NCBI GenBank assembly: GCA_963790025.1
Contig: CAWBMP010000004.1
Coordinates: 1,184,001-1,248,000 of the forward strand
Length of the DNA: 64,000 nucleotides
Source: Nitrospirota bacterium
GTDB taxonomy: Bacteria > Nitrospirota > Thermodesulfovibrionia > Thermodesulfovibrionales > Dissulfurispiraceae
Direction of reading: 5' to 3'
In this document: positions 39,560-49,541 of the stretch, piece after piece
Position numbering within the stretch: the first letter of the stretch is position 1
How the letters are laid out: each line of letters begins with the position of its first letter
Notes under the pieces: model-generated
What the model was told of the DNA's origin: nothing
The model's database searches: none
Seen by the model: only the letters and a program-made list of their open reading frames with translations
Translations under genes and position numbers: made by a program

Positions 39560-39901
39560 CTATACTGCTGAGTCGCCGCTCTCGCCAGTCCTTATCCTTA
39601 TGGCATCGTCCATTGGTGAGACAAATATCTTGCCGTCTCCAATCTCGCCGGTGCAGACAGCCTCGCGAATGGCCTTGATAATCGTGTCGGCTTCATTGTC
39701 TTTCACAACCAGCACTACCCTCTTCTTATCTATGAAAGGCACTTTACAAGTTCTGCCACGTACATTAATTTTACGGAAGCCTTTTTGCTTTCCATGACCC
39801 TCAACATTAGAAACTGTGACTCCCGGATAGCCTACTCTTTCCAATGTGTCGCATACCTCAGTTAACCTTGAAGGACGAATAATTGCCTCTATTCTTTTCA
39901 T
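39560..39901 (-). CDS. P-II family nitrogen regulator (atypical T-loop)
   Basis: MKRIEAIIRP, GHGKQKG, TGEIGDGKIFV, IRIRTGE. Confidence 0.93.
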   Translation of the reverse strand: MKRIEAIIRPSRLTEVCDTLERVGYPGVTVSNVEGHGKQKGFRKINVRGRTCKVPFIDKKRVVLVVKDNEADTIIKAIREAVCTGEIGDGKIFVSPMDDAIRIRTGESGDSAV

Positions 39902-39940
39902 TATACTCTCCTTTGAAAATTGTCTGCTGATTCACGTTTA

Positions 39941-39956
39941 TGCAATAAGTTTGCCA
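39941..39956 (-). promoter_or_regulatory. sigma54 -24/-12 promoter for the P-II gene
   Basis: Minus strand TGGCAAACTTATTGCA with exact GG-N10-GC spacing, 40 bp upstream of the ATG. Confidence 0.75.
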
Positions 39957-40182
39957 TCGCAGAATGCCTTGAATTATAAGAATTCCTACTTTTTTGTTTT
40001 TTGCAATACAAAACATCTTTGTTCTGCTGTGACAATATTGCTGTGTTCCAGACAATCTATTCATTTCCAGACATAACCTTTACAGTGGCCCTGCATGCGG
40101 CGAGTGTTTGTTGCTGTGAGGATCATTTCGTTTGTCTTTTGGGATCGCCCATTTCCAACCTTTTAGTTACGGCTCGCCGGAA

Positions 40183-41001
40183 TCAATTATATTCTTCATG
40201 CTGGTGTCCGAATATATCGTGGATGATTTCAAACGCGGTCTCTTCGATGGATTTATTCGTGGTATCGACAGCTTTCCAGATCCGGTGCTTCTTTCTGAGG
40301 TCCCAGACATACTCGGTCTCGGCAAAGACCTTCTTGAATTCGCTGTAGCTCGGCGGAAGCGAGGACTTTTCTTGCCGCACTCTCCTGATTTTCTGAAGGG
40401 CCTCGGGATCGATTACCAGACAGACGATTTTGCGCTGATCGATTTCGAAAAGCTCTTCTGGCAGGGGGATGCCCGGAACGATCGGGACATTGGCTACCTT
40501 GTAGCCTTCCTGGGCCAGAAAAAACGAGGTCGGGGTCTTGGACGTCCGCGAAAGTCCGAGGATGACGATGTCCGCGTCACCAAGGTGTCTGGCGTCCCTG
40601 CCGTCGTCGTGTTCCAGCGTATACTCGATCGCATCGATGCGTTTGAAATATCGTTCGTCGACTTTTCTGAGCAGGCTAGGCGTTTCGAGCGGTTCCAGCT
40701 GAAGATAGGACGTGAGGTTGTTTATCATCGGACCCAGAATGTCCAGATGAAAAATCTTGTTTTTAAAGCAATAGGCGGTCGTATAGTCGCGCATCTCTCT
40801 TTTGACAAAGGTGAAAGCGATAAGGGCCTTGTCCGACTTGGCTTGGTCAAGGACTTTTTTGAGCCCGGCATTGGAATCAATGTCGTGGAAAAGCACGATT
40901 TTGGTGTGGACGTGTTCAAACTGCACCAGGGCCGCCCTCAGAATATGCAGGCCGCTCTGGCCTGTGGCATCGGAAATAATGACGATTTTTTTTACCGACA
41001 T
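40183..41001 (-). CDS. Pyruvate,water dikinase/PPDK regulatory kinase-pyrophosphorylase (DUF299)
   Basis: ISDATGQS, YFKRIDAIEY, HDDG, GLSRTSKTP, ANVP. Confidence 0.92.
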   Translation of the reverse strand: MSVKKIVIISDATGQSGLHILRAALVQFEHVHTKIVLFHDIDSNAGLKKVLDQAKSDKALIAFTFVKREMRDYTTAYCFKNKIFHLDILGPMINNLTSYLQLEPLETPSLLRKVDERYFKRIDAIEYTLEHDDGRDARHLGDADIVILGLSRTSKTPTSFFLAQEGYKVANVPIVPGIPLPEELFEIDQRKIVCLVIDPEALQKIRRVRQEKSSLPPSYSEFKKVFAETEYVWDLRKKHRIWKAVDTTNKSIEETAFEIIHDIFGHQHEEYN

Positions 41002-41215
41002 ATTCACCTCTATAGTAGCATACCCTAACACCAACCGCGCCGCACAAGGATGCCGCCCGCGGAGGATGCAAGTAGTGTTGTGAATTATAACCCTTTGCAG
41101 CCTCAAAATTTAAGATGCTGATTTACTATAGAAACATTCAGTCTTGAGTTACCGCGCTCTGGCGAGGGTTTCTGTGAGCATCACACCTTGGACATCTGCA
41201 TTTGCAACACAACAG

Positions 41216-42271
41216 CTACTCCCCGACGACCAGAATTTCAAAGCTGTCTTTGAGCATTACCGGTCGAGTTTTGACTCCCATGGCTGAAGGAGAAGCCGGA
41301 GCAAATTTCGCCGCCGGCAGATAGATATAATGACTCTTGGTATCTATTGCCATTGTGCGCGCCCCCGGTTGTGTCAAAACCGTCTGAACTGCCTCAAACT
41401 TGTTTGGGGTCTTCTCCCGCACAACTGTAAGTGTGCCATCCCCGTTAGAGCTGAAGGCGAACCCTGTGCCAGGATCAAAGCCGTTGCCGTCGACGCCACC
41501 GCCAACAGGCACTGTAGCAATCACTTTACCAATCTTCGTATCCAGAACAGTCATAATCCTGTTATGGCATCCCGAAAAAACATGGTTGTGCTCCGTATCA
41601 AAGGCCATTCCTGTAGGTTCTTTACACGGCTTAAGCGAGAAGCGTTTTACCGCTGCCAGTTTCCCGCTGTCAATCGCAACGACTTCGCCTAAATCTTCGA
41701 TGTTAACGTAAACAGTGCCTTTCCCATCTGTCGTCGCAAATTCCGGCTTGCCGCCGAGCTCGATTCTTCCCGCGATTTCGCCGGAAACGGCAGCAAAGAC
41801 AGTAGCGTCATTACTTCGCCCATTAAAAGTGAATACCAGTCTGGTTGCCGGATCATACAGGATTGCATCGGGATTCATTCCCGTTTTTACCTCTCCAAGA
41901 ACTTTCAAGGTTTTGAGGTCGAAAATCGTGGCTGTGTTTGAATGCCCGTTACTGATAAACCCGCGGTTCAGCTCCGGAGCTATTGCAATTCCATGTACTC
42001 CGGGTGTGTCCGGGACATCGCCAATCACTTTGTCTGTGTCTATATCTATAACCATGACATGTGTCCCCCGGGAAACATAAAGCCTCCTGGCCGCACTATC
42101 GATGGTCAGGTAGTCCCATCCGCCCTCTCCGCCGAGTTTCAATCGTTTTATCAGATGGTAATTGACATCGGCCGCATGCAAAACTGCATGTTGCGTCAAG
42201 TCACCGCAAAAAAAGGCAAAGAATACTACGGATATAGCTACAAAATGTTTCACGTTTACCCCCTCATTCAT
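41216..42271 (-). CDS. Secreted YncE-like beta-propeller protein
   Basis: GGEGGWDYL, GVHGIA, NPDAILYDP, GARTMA. Confidence 0.85.
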   Translation of the reverse strand: MNEGVNVKHFVAISVVFFAFFCGDLTQHAVLHAADVNYHLIKRLKLGGEGGWDYLTIDSAARRLYVSRGTHVMVIDIDTDKVIGDVPDTPGVHGIAIAPELNRGFISNGHSNTATIFDLKTLKVLGEVKTGMNPDAILYDPATRLVFTFNGRSNDATVFAAVSGEIAGRIELGGKPEFATTDGKGTVYVNIEDLGEVVAIDSGKLAAVKRFSLKPCKEPTGMAFDTEHNHVFSGCHNRIMTVLDTKIGKVIATVPVGGGVDGNGFDPGTGFAFSSNGDGTLTVVREKTPNKFEAVQTVLTQPGARTMAIDTKSHYIYLPAAKFAPASPSAMGVKTRPVMLKDSFEILVVGE

Positions 42272-42734
42272 TCATCTCTTCGATCGTAAGTTCATCCTTG
42301 ATTGCGATACAACCGATGACGCTTTGTGCTGCTGGACATCGAATCAAGTATGACGAAAATGCTTCTCTTGCTTCAGCCGATTTCCGGGCTTGTACCTTGA
42401 GATGATATTTAACCCGAATACTTGTGATCTTCAGAATATTATTTACATCCTCGATATCTCCCTCAACATCTGCCCAATAAAGGTCTTCAGAAGTTCGAAT
42501 CTTTTTTCCAGCCAACGCCGCGGCCAGTGTTCCCATCATTCAGCCGGCTGTTGCAGCTACAATATGGTCGAGTGTGGCTGCATGCTCTTCTTCGGGTTCG
42601 ACCTTGTAGAATTTCTTGATTCCGCCATGTACACCATAATAAATTGGTTCGCTAAACCCCTCGATCATAGCTTTGCGGGTGGGACCCTTTTCCCGAACAA
42701 TCCTTATGCGGGACGTGTGAATAACCTCTCCCAT
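42264..42734 (-). CDS. OsmC-like protein with in-frame UGA (probable selenocysteine at codon 65)
   Basis: ORFs 42540-42734 and 42264-42539 are contiguous in frame; TGA sits at the OsmC first-Cys position (IVAATAG-U-MMGTL); downstream CPAAQSV. Confidence 0.8.
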
Positions 42735-42808
42735 AATTCTCTCCTTTAGCAGTTAAAGTAACATGCCTTACTGATCACAATTATATCATGACTAAAATAA
42801 GGAACATC

Positions 42809-42822
42809 TGGGTCAGATCTTG
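42809..42822 (+). repeat. Solitary end motif related to the RAYT-like ends
   Basis: TGGGTCAGATCTTG versus TGGGGTCAGGCTTG. Confidence 0.35.
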
Positions 42823-43085
42823 GGATTTGAATTAGCCGAATATAAAAAACTCTTCGCCGAAGTGAATTGCAGATTAAAATCTTCAGCCTCGAATGACCTA
42901 GAACCGGTGTTGGCGTCTGTGAGCAAGAGTGAAAATCGGTTTTTCAACTTCTTCCTGAAATCTGCGACAGCGCCCCAATCAAATATGTAGCGAAGCTTCG
43001 TATACGCGAAGTAGTAGATTCCTTAATAGCGGATTTTTGCCATATGTAATCTGGGCACTTTATTCCGGCTTCGTTGCAAAAAATA

Positions 43086-43128
43086 AGGGACAGCGCCCAT
43101 TGTTAAGGAGAAGATGGACGCTGTTCCT
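43086..43128. repeat. REP-like inverted pair / terminator
   Basis: AGGGACAGCGCCCAT ... ATGGACGCTGTTCCT (13/15, both mismatches G-U compatible on one strand). Confidence 0.55.
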
Positions 43129-43138
43129 ATTTGGTTTC

Positions 43139-44590
43139 TCAACGCTGCACCTGAATTGGCAGACCAGGCCTGTCTTCATTCAAAGGCACAATTACCAAGA
43201 AACGACGCTGACCGCCCTTATTGCCCTGTACCGCTCTGCGCAGTGGTCCGACCGCAACCACTATTGCCGCGCCGGCCGGGTTGGTCATGAACTTGGCGAC
43301 CGGCTCAAGGGGGCCAGATCCATCCGCATTGTCAACGAGCGCCAGCAAATAGGCCTTCTTCGCTTCGAGTCCTGTGACCGCTGCCTCCAGGAGGTCGACC
43401 AGTCCCTGGTTATTTACCGCCACGGTGGTCTCTCCTTTTCCAGTGCCGACTGAGACCAAGGTCAAATGAACTGCTTCACCGGAGGTGCCGATTGGCGAGA
43501 GGTTTTCAGTGCCTTCACCGCGGGGAACCGCGTTAGGTATATAGACCATCCCTTGAGGCGATTGGCCTGAATTAATTCTAGCAACAACCTTGTTGCTCAA
43601 AGTATCAATTGCCGTCACCGCGTCAGCATTCTCAAGGCCGACGTAAATCCGCTTACCGTCGCCAGAGGGCCAGAGCCCGTGGGGGAGTTCGCCGGTAGGA
43701 ATCGCGGCGACAAGTTCCGGCTGATCAGTTGTAGTAAAGACCTTGATCTCGTTGAGCCCGCCGATCGTCACATAGGCGAATTGACCGTTTGCGTTACGCA
43801 CAATATTGACGTGGTTGGTAATGGGGCCCGTGTCTATCACTGCTATGGTTGCAAAAGGCGGCTTTGCATTGAACACCTGCGTTTTCCCGATGTCCTTGAG
43901 CGTAAACCAAACCTGTTTGCCGTCCGGGGTAGCGGCAATGTCCGGACAGAAAGGCGAGGCTTGCTTTACCCGGCCGACGATCCGGTGGGTCTTTGTATCG
44001 ATCACCACCGTTTCCGGCGTGAAGCTGGAACAGACATAACCATATTTGCCATCAGGAGAGAAGATAGTCATGCCTGGTCCATTGGGTACCTGGATGCGCC
44101 GCATGGGTAGATAGGTCCTGCCATCAAGCACCTGCACGAAGTCCTCTCCCCGAACCGTTACCCAAACCTCCTTACCATTGGGCGTGAAGAAGGCCTCATG
44201 CGGGGCGCGCCCTACATAAGCGATGTGCTTGACGCGATTGGTTTGCGTATCTATGAAGGCCACCGAATTAGACCCGATCGATACCACAAGAAGCGTGCGA
44301 TGATCCGGCGAAAACCCCATGCCATGAACCAGGAGCTGGCCCTTGTAAAGAGGACTCAAGTTGCCCGGGGTGGGGTCGCCCAGACGGATTACCCCTAGCA
44401 ACTTATCTGTTGCCGGGTCGACCACCGAGACCGTGTTTGAAGTCTGATCCGAGAGGTAAACGCGGTCATGTGAAGATATCGGAATGTCCGGCGCGCCGGC
44501 GTGGCCCGGCACCTGGCCTGCGCTTGCCGATGCAGCCAGCAGCAAACTAAATGCAAGTGTAACTATTTTTTGTTGAATGCTGAAAGTCAT
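43139..44590 (-). CDS. Secreted YVTN-type beta-propeller protein
   Basis: Repeated FSPDG/FTPNG blades, NTVSVVD, signal peptide. Confidence 0.85.
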   Translation of the reverse strand: MTFSIQQKIVTLAFSLLLAASASAGQVPGHAGAPDIPISSHDRVYLSDQTSNTVSVVDPATDKLLGVIRLGDPTPGNLSPLYKGQLLVHGMGFSPDHRTLLVVSIGSNSVAFIDTQTNRVKHIAYVGRAPHEAFFTPNGKEVWVTVRGEDFVQVLDGRTYLPMRRIQVPNGPGMTIFSPDGKYGYVCSSFTPETVVIDTKTHRIVGRVKQASPFCPDIAATPDGKQVWFTLKDIGKTQVFNAKPPFATIAVIDTGPITNHVNIVRNANGQFAYVTIGGLNEIKVFTTTDQPELVAAIPTGELPHGLWPSGDGKRIYVGLENADAVTAIDTLSNKVVARINSGQSPQGMVYIPNAVPRGEGTENLSPIGTSGEAVHLTLVSVGTGKGETTVAVNNQGLVDLLEAAVTGLEAKKAYLLALVDNADGSGPLEPVAKFMTNPAGAAIVVAVGPLRRAVQGNKGGQRRFLVIVPLNEDRPGLPIQVQR

Positions 44591-44627
44591 GATACACCTC
44601 CTTGGATACGTCAGTTACGGCGCAGCC

Positions 44628-45020
44628 TTACCTGGTTCTTAGCTTCTCCAGACGCATGCGCATGACCTCGATTTCCTGCTCTTGGGTTATGATTATCTCC
44701 TGGGCAAGTCGTCGCAGGACAGGATCCTTGCCGTAAAGCAGTTCCGCCTTGGCCATATCGACAGCGCCCTGGTGGTGAGGAATCATCATGGCGGCGAAGT
44801 CGTGGTCGGGATCGCCGGTCATGGAGGCGTTATCCATGCCCTGATCCATCGATGTCATCGCCTCATCCAACAGTTGTTGAAAGGCTTTGTCGGTGCTGGA
44901 TCCAAAGGAAACAGAGAACGTACTTCCTGCAATTAAAACTGCTGCCAAGCATATCGTTGCAACCGGCAGTACATACATCCGTGCTCGTGCTTCATTTATA
45001 CGTCTCGCTATCCTGACCAT
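44628..45020 (-). CDS. DUF305 (CopM-like) metal-binding protein
   Basis: DFAAMMIPHHQGAVDMA, LAQEIIITQEQEI. Confidence 0.9.
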   Translation of the reverse strand: MVRIARRINEARARMYVLPVATICLAAVLIAGSTFSVSFGSSTDKAFQQLLDEAMTSMDQGMDNASMTGDPDHDFAAMMIPHHQGAVDMAKAELLYGKDPVLRRLAQEIIITQEQEIEVMRMRLEKLRTR

Positions 45021-45311
45021 GATTTGCCTCCTATAATGGCACCATCCCTATGGAGTGAATTCCCGATGCCTCCTTGTAAAGGGAAAATGGTTGATCGATT
45101 CCTATTTTAAATGTTAGCAGAAAGACATTATTATGCAAGCGAATCTCATCAGGACCGGTGTGGCTTACTTCCTGACCTGCTCCGTACCGGAAAAAGTCAG
45201 ACGGATCAGTACTTGCGTCTCCAAAGAAATTTGTTTAGGTATCGATTACCGCTTGTAATCAACACGAGTGTTTATTAGAGTTCCTGTTTCTTACGGTTCA
45301 AACAGACCCAT

Positions 45312-46499
45312 CTACATGGTTACAAATTCTCTTTTTCCATAAACAACCTTTTTGAGATAATTCTGAGTCTCCGCAGGCATTGAACGACGAATCTTCTCGT
45401 ACACTTCCTGCGGCTTCATGTCGTTTATAAGTTTTACCGCAGTATCCTTGTTTTGTGAAAAGACCCGCAAGACGCCTCCCACTCCACCGTTATAGGCAGC
45501 TATTGCACAATATTCGCGCGAAACAGAGTCGTTTATTTTTTCGAGGTAATTAAAATGAAGCAGATTCAAATACGCCGTACCAAGCTCTATATTGTTCCGT
45601 GCGTCGAACAGGTATTCACCTGTCGGGACCCTGTCGTTTTTCTTTACGAACCGGTAAGCATCTCTGCCGGCCTGGGAAGGTATAATCTGCATGAGCCCGA
45701 ACGCAGGTGCGCTGCTCACAGCGAACGGGTTGAAATCGCTTTCGGTCTTGATTATCGAATAGACCAGGCTTCTGCTGAGGCTATAGCGCTCTGCGAACTC
45801 AGTAACCAGTTGCCTGTATTTCTGCGCCCGCACGTAAATATGGTTCTCCACCATCCTAATCTCCACAAAGAAGACCTGTTTCGAATCATTCCCGACGGCG
45901 ATAGTTTTCGTCTTCATCTGTGCCGTGATGACATAATCAGCAAAGATCTCCGCCTGCCCTATATCCTTCACGGGTTTATTGTTCTGATCCAGCACTTCAC
46001 CATAAAGGAAAGGCCTTCCTTCGAGTTCTATAGTTTTTTCAGAATACATGTCCACTGCCCTGGGGTCATCAGGTGTAAGGAGGGTAGTTACGATCGCGTT
46101 CTTCAAACTTTTCCGGGGCATTTTATCATTCACCGTCTGAACGGTAATCATACCTCCGTCAAAGTCCACTAATGCCCTGCTCTGATAATTCTGTGTATAC
46201 TTCACGTACTGCTTGGGCTCAGGCATCTCAACATTCTTATCGCCCCATTCGCCGGCAACAGCCTTTCTGAATTTCTCAACCATTTGTTTGAAATTGCGGA
46301 TATCGCGTATGAGTGTCCCGGGATTGGCAGCATAGGCAACAGCTTTATTTCGGCCAACGATTTCCGTTGCGGCAACGGGGTTCCTGCTCATTGCTACAGT
46401 AGCCGCACTCCTGATATCTGCAGTACTGCAACCGGCAAAGGTTATAACTGAAAGAAGCAGAACGGCCTTCCTCGTCATATCGAATTTATTATATGACAA
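45312..46499 (-). CDS. mltC: MltC-like lytic murein transglycosylase lipoprotein
   Basis: Lipobox FAGC, YVKYT, LLTPDDP, IKTESDFNP, GLMQI, AYNGG; start uncertain. Confidence 0.85.
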   Translation of the reverse strand: MSYNKFDMTRKAVLLLSVITFAGCSTADIRSAATVAMSRNPVAATEIVGRNKAVAYAANPGTLIRDIRNFKQMVEKFRKAVAGEWGDKNVEMPEPKQYVKYTQNYQSRALVDFDGGMITVQTVNDKMPRKSLKNAIVTTLLTPDDPRAVDMYSEKTIELEGRPFLYGEVLDQNNKPVKDIGQAEIFADYVITAQMKTKTIAVGNDSKQVFFVEIRMVENHIYVRAQKYRQLVTEFAERYSLSRSLVYSIIKTESDFNPFAVSSAPAFGLMQIIPSQAGRDAYRFVKKNDRVPTGEYLFDARNNIELGTAYLNLLHFNYLEKINDSVSREYCAIAAYNGGVGGVLRVFSQNKDTAVKLINDMKPQEVYEKIRRSMPAETQNYLKKVVYGKREFVTM

Positions 46500-46713
46500 C
46501 TCCGAGCCAATAAGCCAACAAAAACGGCTTAAAATAATTTCATGTGTTCCTTAACTTCCGCTCTGGCGACGAGTACAGCTGCTGCGGACTTAACCGGTGC
46601 CGATCGTGTCTTGGTGGTGCGTTCCAGGCGGTGATGCATCGCATCTTTTGGTACCTTTTTGGGGATGAACAAACCGCTAATAATTCTTAGATTCGCGTCT
46701 TTCGATCCACATA

Positions 46714-47202
46714 TTATTGGGAAATTTTATTTTTAATTTGCCCTATCGCCTGCTTATTCAACAGCTTCATGAATTTTGGATTTGCCATAAGAGCGGAAAT
46801 GTCACCTTCTTTAGCCGCTTTCAAGATTTCAGGGTCACGCATGACCTCTTTCAAATCCTGATCGTTTTGGAGTGCCTGGATGATACTCATGACTTCCACG
46901 TCGCCCGTCATCTTTTCCTGAAGAGATTTTACCTGGTCTCCCGCGGCTCCGTGGCTGCCCAGTGATCCCTTCGCGCGTATAGTGCGGATATTGGATTCCG
47001 GGATCTGTAAAGTTCCAAGGCTGACAGACCTGACCGTGTAAACACCATTTGACAAAGAAACAATCTCTCCTGCGATAACGGTTCCATCAGTGAGTTCGAT
47101 TTCCCGAATCTCAGAGGCGTGCGCCATAGTCACAAATACACTCAAGGTCAGGAATATCGGAACTAAGACGGCATATATTAGTGTAAATTCTCTTTTAAAC
47201 AT
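46714..47202 (-). CDS. Hypothetical secreted protein with STI1-like tail
   Basis: Signal peptide, IELTDGTVIAGEI, DPEILKA...NPKF. Confidence 0.65.
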   Translation of the reverse strand: MFKREFTLIYAVLVPIFLTLSVFVTMAHASEIREIELTDGTVIAGEIVSLSNGVYTVRSVSLGTLQIPESNIRTIRAKGSLGSHGAAGDQVKSLQEKMTGDVEVMSIIQALQNDQDLKEVMRDPEILKAAKEGDISALMANPKFMKLLNKQAIGQIKNKISQ

Positions 47203-47358
47203 AAAATAACCTTAATCATAAGAGTTACAATCTGTCAAGATACAATGTTCGATTGTTGTCGCCACTTTTTTGCAGATATGTTACGCACCAGGACCTGTAA
47301 CTGGGGGGGTCTCATGGCCCATTCTCCGCTCGGTTCGTCACGCTTTGCTCAGGGCACC

Positions 47359-47862
47359 TCAGAAGGAGTGTTCGGCACCGCCGAAATTGTAAAAAACCGG
47401 AAGCTCTCTCTCGATCGGCCAAAGATATATATCTTTTATTTCAAAAACCGGATATTTGTATTCGGCCCCTCGAACTTTGACGGTTTTCAAGCCGGTGAAC
47501 AGACCCGCTATTGTGACATACCGCTTTTCCTCGTAGGTCTTGGGATTGAGACGCTTGCCGTCCTGGCTGAACAGGGCAAGATACCTGGCATTGGAATTAT
47601 TCTTTCTTATGATATACCCGTTGGAGTTCACAGGAAAGTAGACCGCTTCGATTGCCGGGGAACCCGTGTCCGTGACCTCGATTTTTACTATCCGACCGCC
47701 AAGGATAAAAAGCCTGCCTTCAAAAGAAACGGGTGCCGCGCTCATTTCTGGCAAAGGAACCTCTCTAGTGCCGGAATCCATGAGATCTTGGCGTATGACA
47801 GGCCCGCATGAAGCCACAAACAGCAATACTGCTGCAACACATACCGGCCATGCATTTTTCAT
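47359..47862 (-). CDS. Slp family outer-membrane lipoprotein
   Basis: Lipobox VASC, GGRIV, VTIAG, YKYPV, IYLW. Confidence 0.8.
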   Translation of the reverse strand: MKNAWPVCVAAVLLFVASCGPVIRQDLMDSGTREVPLPEMSAAPVSFEGRLFILGGRIVKIEVTDTGSPAIEAVYFPVNSNGYIIRKNNSNARYLALFSQDGKRLNPKTYEEKRYVTIAGLFTGLKTVKVRGAEYKYPVFEIKDIYLWPIERELPVFYNFGGAEHSF

Positions 47863-48107
47863 TCTTGTTTCCTCACTTTGCCATTCCTTCCAAATCCGGA
47901 CACAAGAGAATTTACCATAGTAAAACGAATTATGTCACGCAGTTTCGAAATCTTGCATATGAAAAAGGGTGCCAAATATGTACTGAACTTATACATCTGG
48001 ATTGAAGCGGAATCGTGTCCAGATTCGCAGGAATAGGTGTTTAGTTTCAGCCGGATATCCACCTAAACCACTGACAAATTCGACGGTGTCTGTGAATCTT
48101 CAGATTA

Positions 48108-49055
48108 TTAAATATCAATTTGATTATTCAAAGAAACGACTACCTGATTTCGACCCTGATTTTTTGCTTTATAGAGAGCCTCATCAGCCAGCTTAAGAAG
48201 CTTGTCCGGATGTCGTTTTCTCTCATCATCAAGACAAACCAGGCCCATACTGCAGCTAACCGTAAATTTAATATTGCCATCACTAGTGAAAACTTCCTTT
48301 TCAACGACCTGGCGAATCCTTTCGGCAAGGACTTCTGCGCCACTCAAGTCGGTATTTGTCAGGAGAATTGTCAACTCTTCACCACCATAACGTCCGGTAA
48401 TATCAGTTCTACGCATAAGAGACTGGATTCTCCTGGCTATAGTAGAAAGTACGTTGTCACCCATAAGGTGTCCATATGTATCATTCACCTTTTTAAAGTA
48501 ATCCAGGTCAAGTAGAATAAGACATAGGGGTATTTGATAGCGGGTTGAGCGCGCCACCTCCTCTTCAAAGCGTATCATAAAGTAACGTCTGTTATAAAAG
48601 CCGGTCAGTTCATCGTTTATTGCCATTTCATAAATCTTCTTTTGCTGTTCCTCGATTATACGGCGCATTGCGGTCTGCTGCAGGGCATAAGCCATTGTCT
48701 TGTACAAAGATTCCGGTTGAAGGGCGTTTTTTGTTATGTAGTCGGCAATACCGGACTTCATTGCCTCCACAGCGATCTGCTCACTGCCTTGACCGGTAAT
48801 CATAATGATCGGCGATTTACAACCCCTGTCGCGCAGAGTGTTAAAGACATCGATCCCGCTTTTTTCGCCGATCATGTAATCGAGAAATACAATGCTATAA
48901 GAGTCGCAGTCGACGAGTGCTTCAACATCCTCGACTTTACTGAACGATAGCAGTTCTATATCCCATTGAGGGATTTTCTCCAGACAGCGCCCCAGAAGCT
49001 CAATGTCTCCAGGATCATCGTCTATTACAAGTATTCTGATACGCTCTTTTTCCAC
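48108..49055 (-). CDS. Response-regulator diguanylate cyclase (REC-GGDEF)
   Basis: REC domain; DELTG.YNRR, DLDYFKKVND, RYGGEEL; RRTD I-site. Confidence 0.93.
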   Translation of the reverse strand: MEKERIRILVIDDDPGDIELLGRCLEKIPQWDIELLSFSKVEDVEALVDCDSYSIVFLDYMIGEKSGIDVFNTLRDRGCKSPIIMITGQGSEQIAVEAMKSGIADYITKNALQPESLYKTMAYALQQTAMRRIIEEQQKKIYEMAINDELTGFYNRRYFMIRFEEEVARSTRYQIPLCLILLDLDYFKKVNDTYGHLMGDNVLSTIARRIQSLMRRTDITGRYGGEELTILLTNTDLSGAEVLAERIRQVVEKEVFTSDGNIKFTVSCSMGLVCLDDERKRHPDKLLKLADEALYKAKNQGRNQVVVSLNNQIDI

Positions 49056-49058
49056 AGC

Positions 49059-49517
49059 CTAATTTTGGATACAGGGCGTTAGTATTACTATCTGAAACCA
49101 GTATTTTTCGATGGTATTTATCACTTCGATAAAGGCATCTAATCCAACCGGTTTTACAATAAAAGACTTGCAGCCGAGATTATACGAGCGAACAATGTCT
49201 TCTTCCTGTTTTGAAGTTGTAAGGACAACCACTGTTATGTCGGACAAATGAGGGTCGGAATGTATCTTTTCCAATACCTGCCTGCCTGAAATCCTTGGCA
49301 TGTTGAGGTCAAGCATTAGAAGGTCCGGGCGCGGTGAATCATCAGGATTAGCATATTTGCCCTTGTGGTAAAGATAGTCCAGCGCTTCTTCCCCGTTAGA
49401 AACAATATACAATTTATTCGCTATCCTCCAGGCTTCCATCGCACGCCTTGTAATCTCCTGATCGCCGGGATCATCCTCAGCCAAAAGGATTATAGCAGGC
49501 TTTCCTTGTTGTATCAT
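49059..49517 (-). CDS. Single-domain response regulator (Rcp1-like)
   Basis: ILLAEDD, PDLLMLDLNMP, VVLTTS, KP. Confidence 0.92.
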   Translation of the reverse strand: MIQQGKPAIILLAEDDPGDQEITRRAMEAWRIANKLYIVSNGEEALDYLYHKGKYANPDDSPRPDLLMLDLNMPRISGRQVLEKIHSDPHLSDITVVVLTTSKQEEDIVRSYNLGCKSFIVKPVGLDAFIEVINTIEKYWFQIVILTPCIQN

Positions 49518-49541
49518 CCGGTCCTCCTTATTACGTTTCTT

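Noticed and set aside
40132..41028. 298-aa plus-strand ORF
   Set aside because: Antisense shadow of the DUF299 gene with no recognisable motifs; the same applies to most other overlapping short ORFs in the track.
24867..45258. Isolated 14-bp matches (GATTACCGCTTGTA near 24867 and 45245; AAATCTTCAGCCTC near 33423 and 42877)
   Set aside because: Several such pairwise matches are expected by chance in 64 kb.
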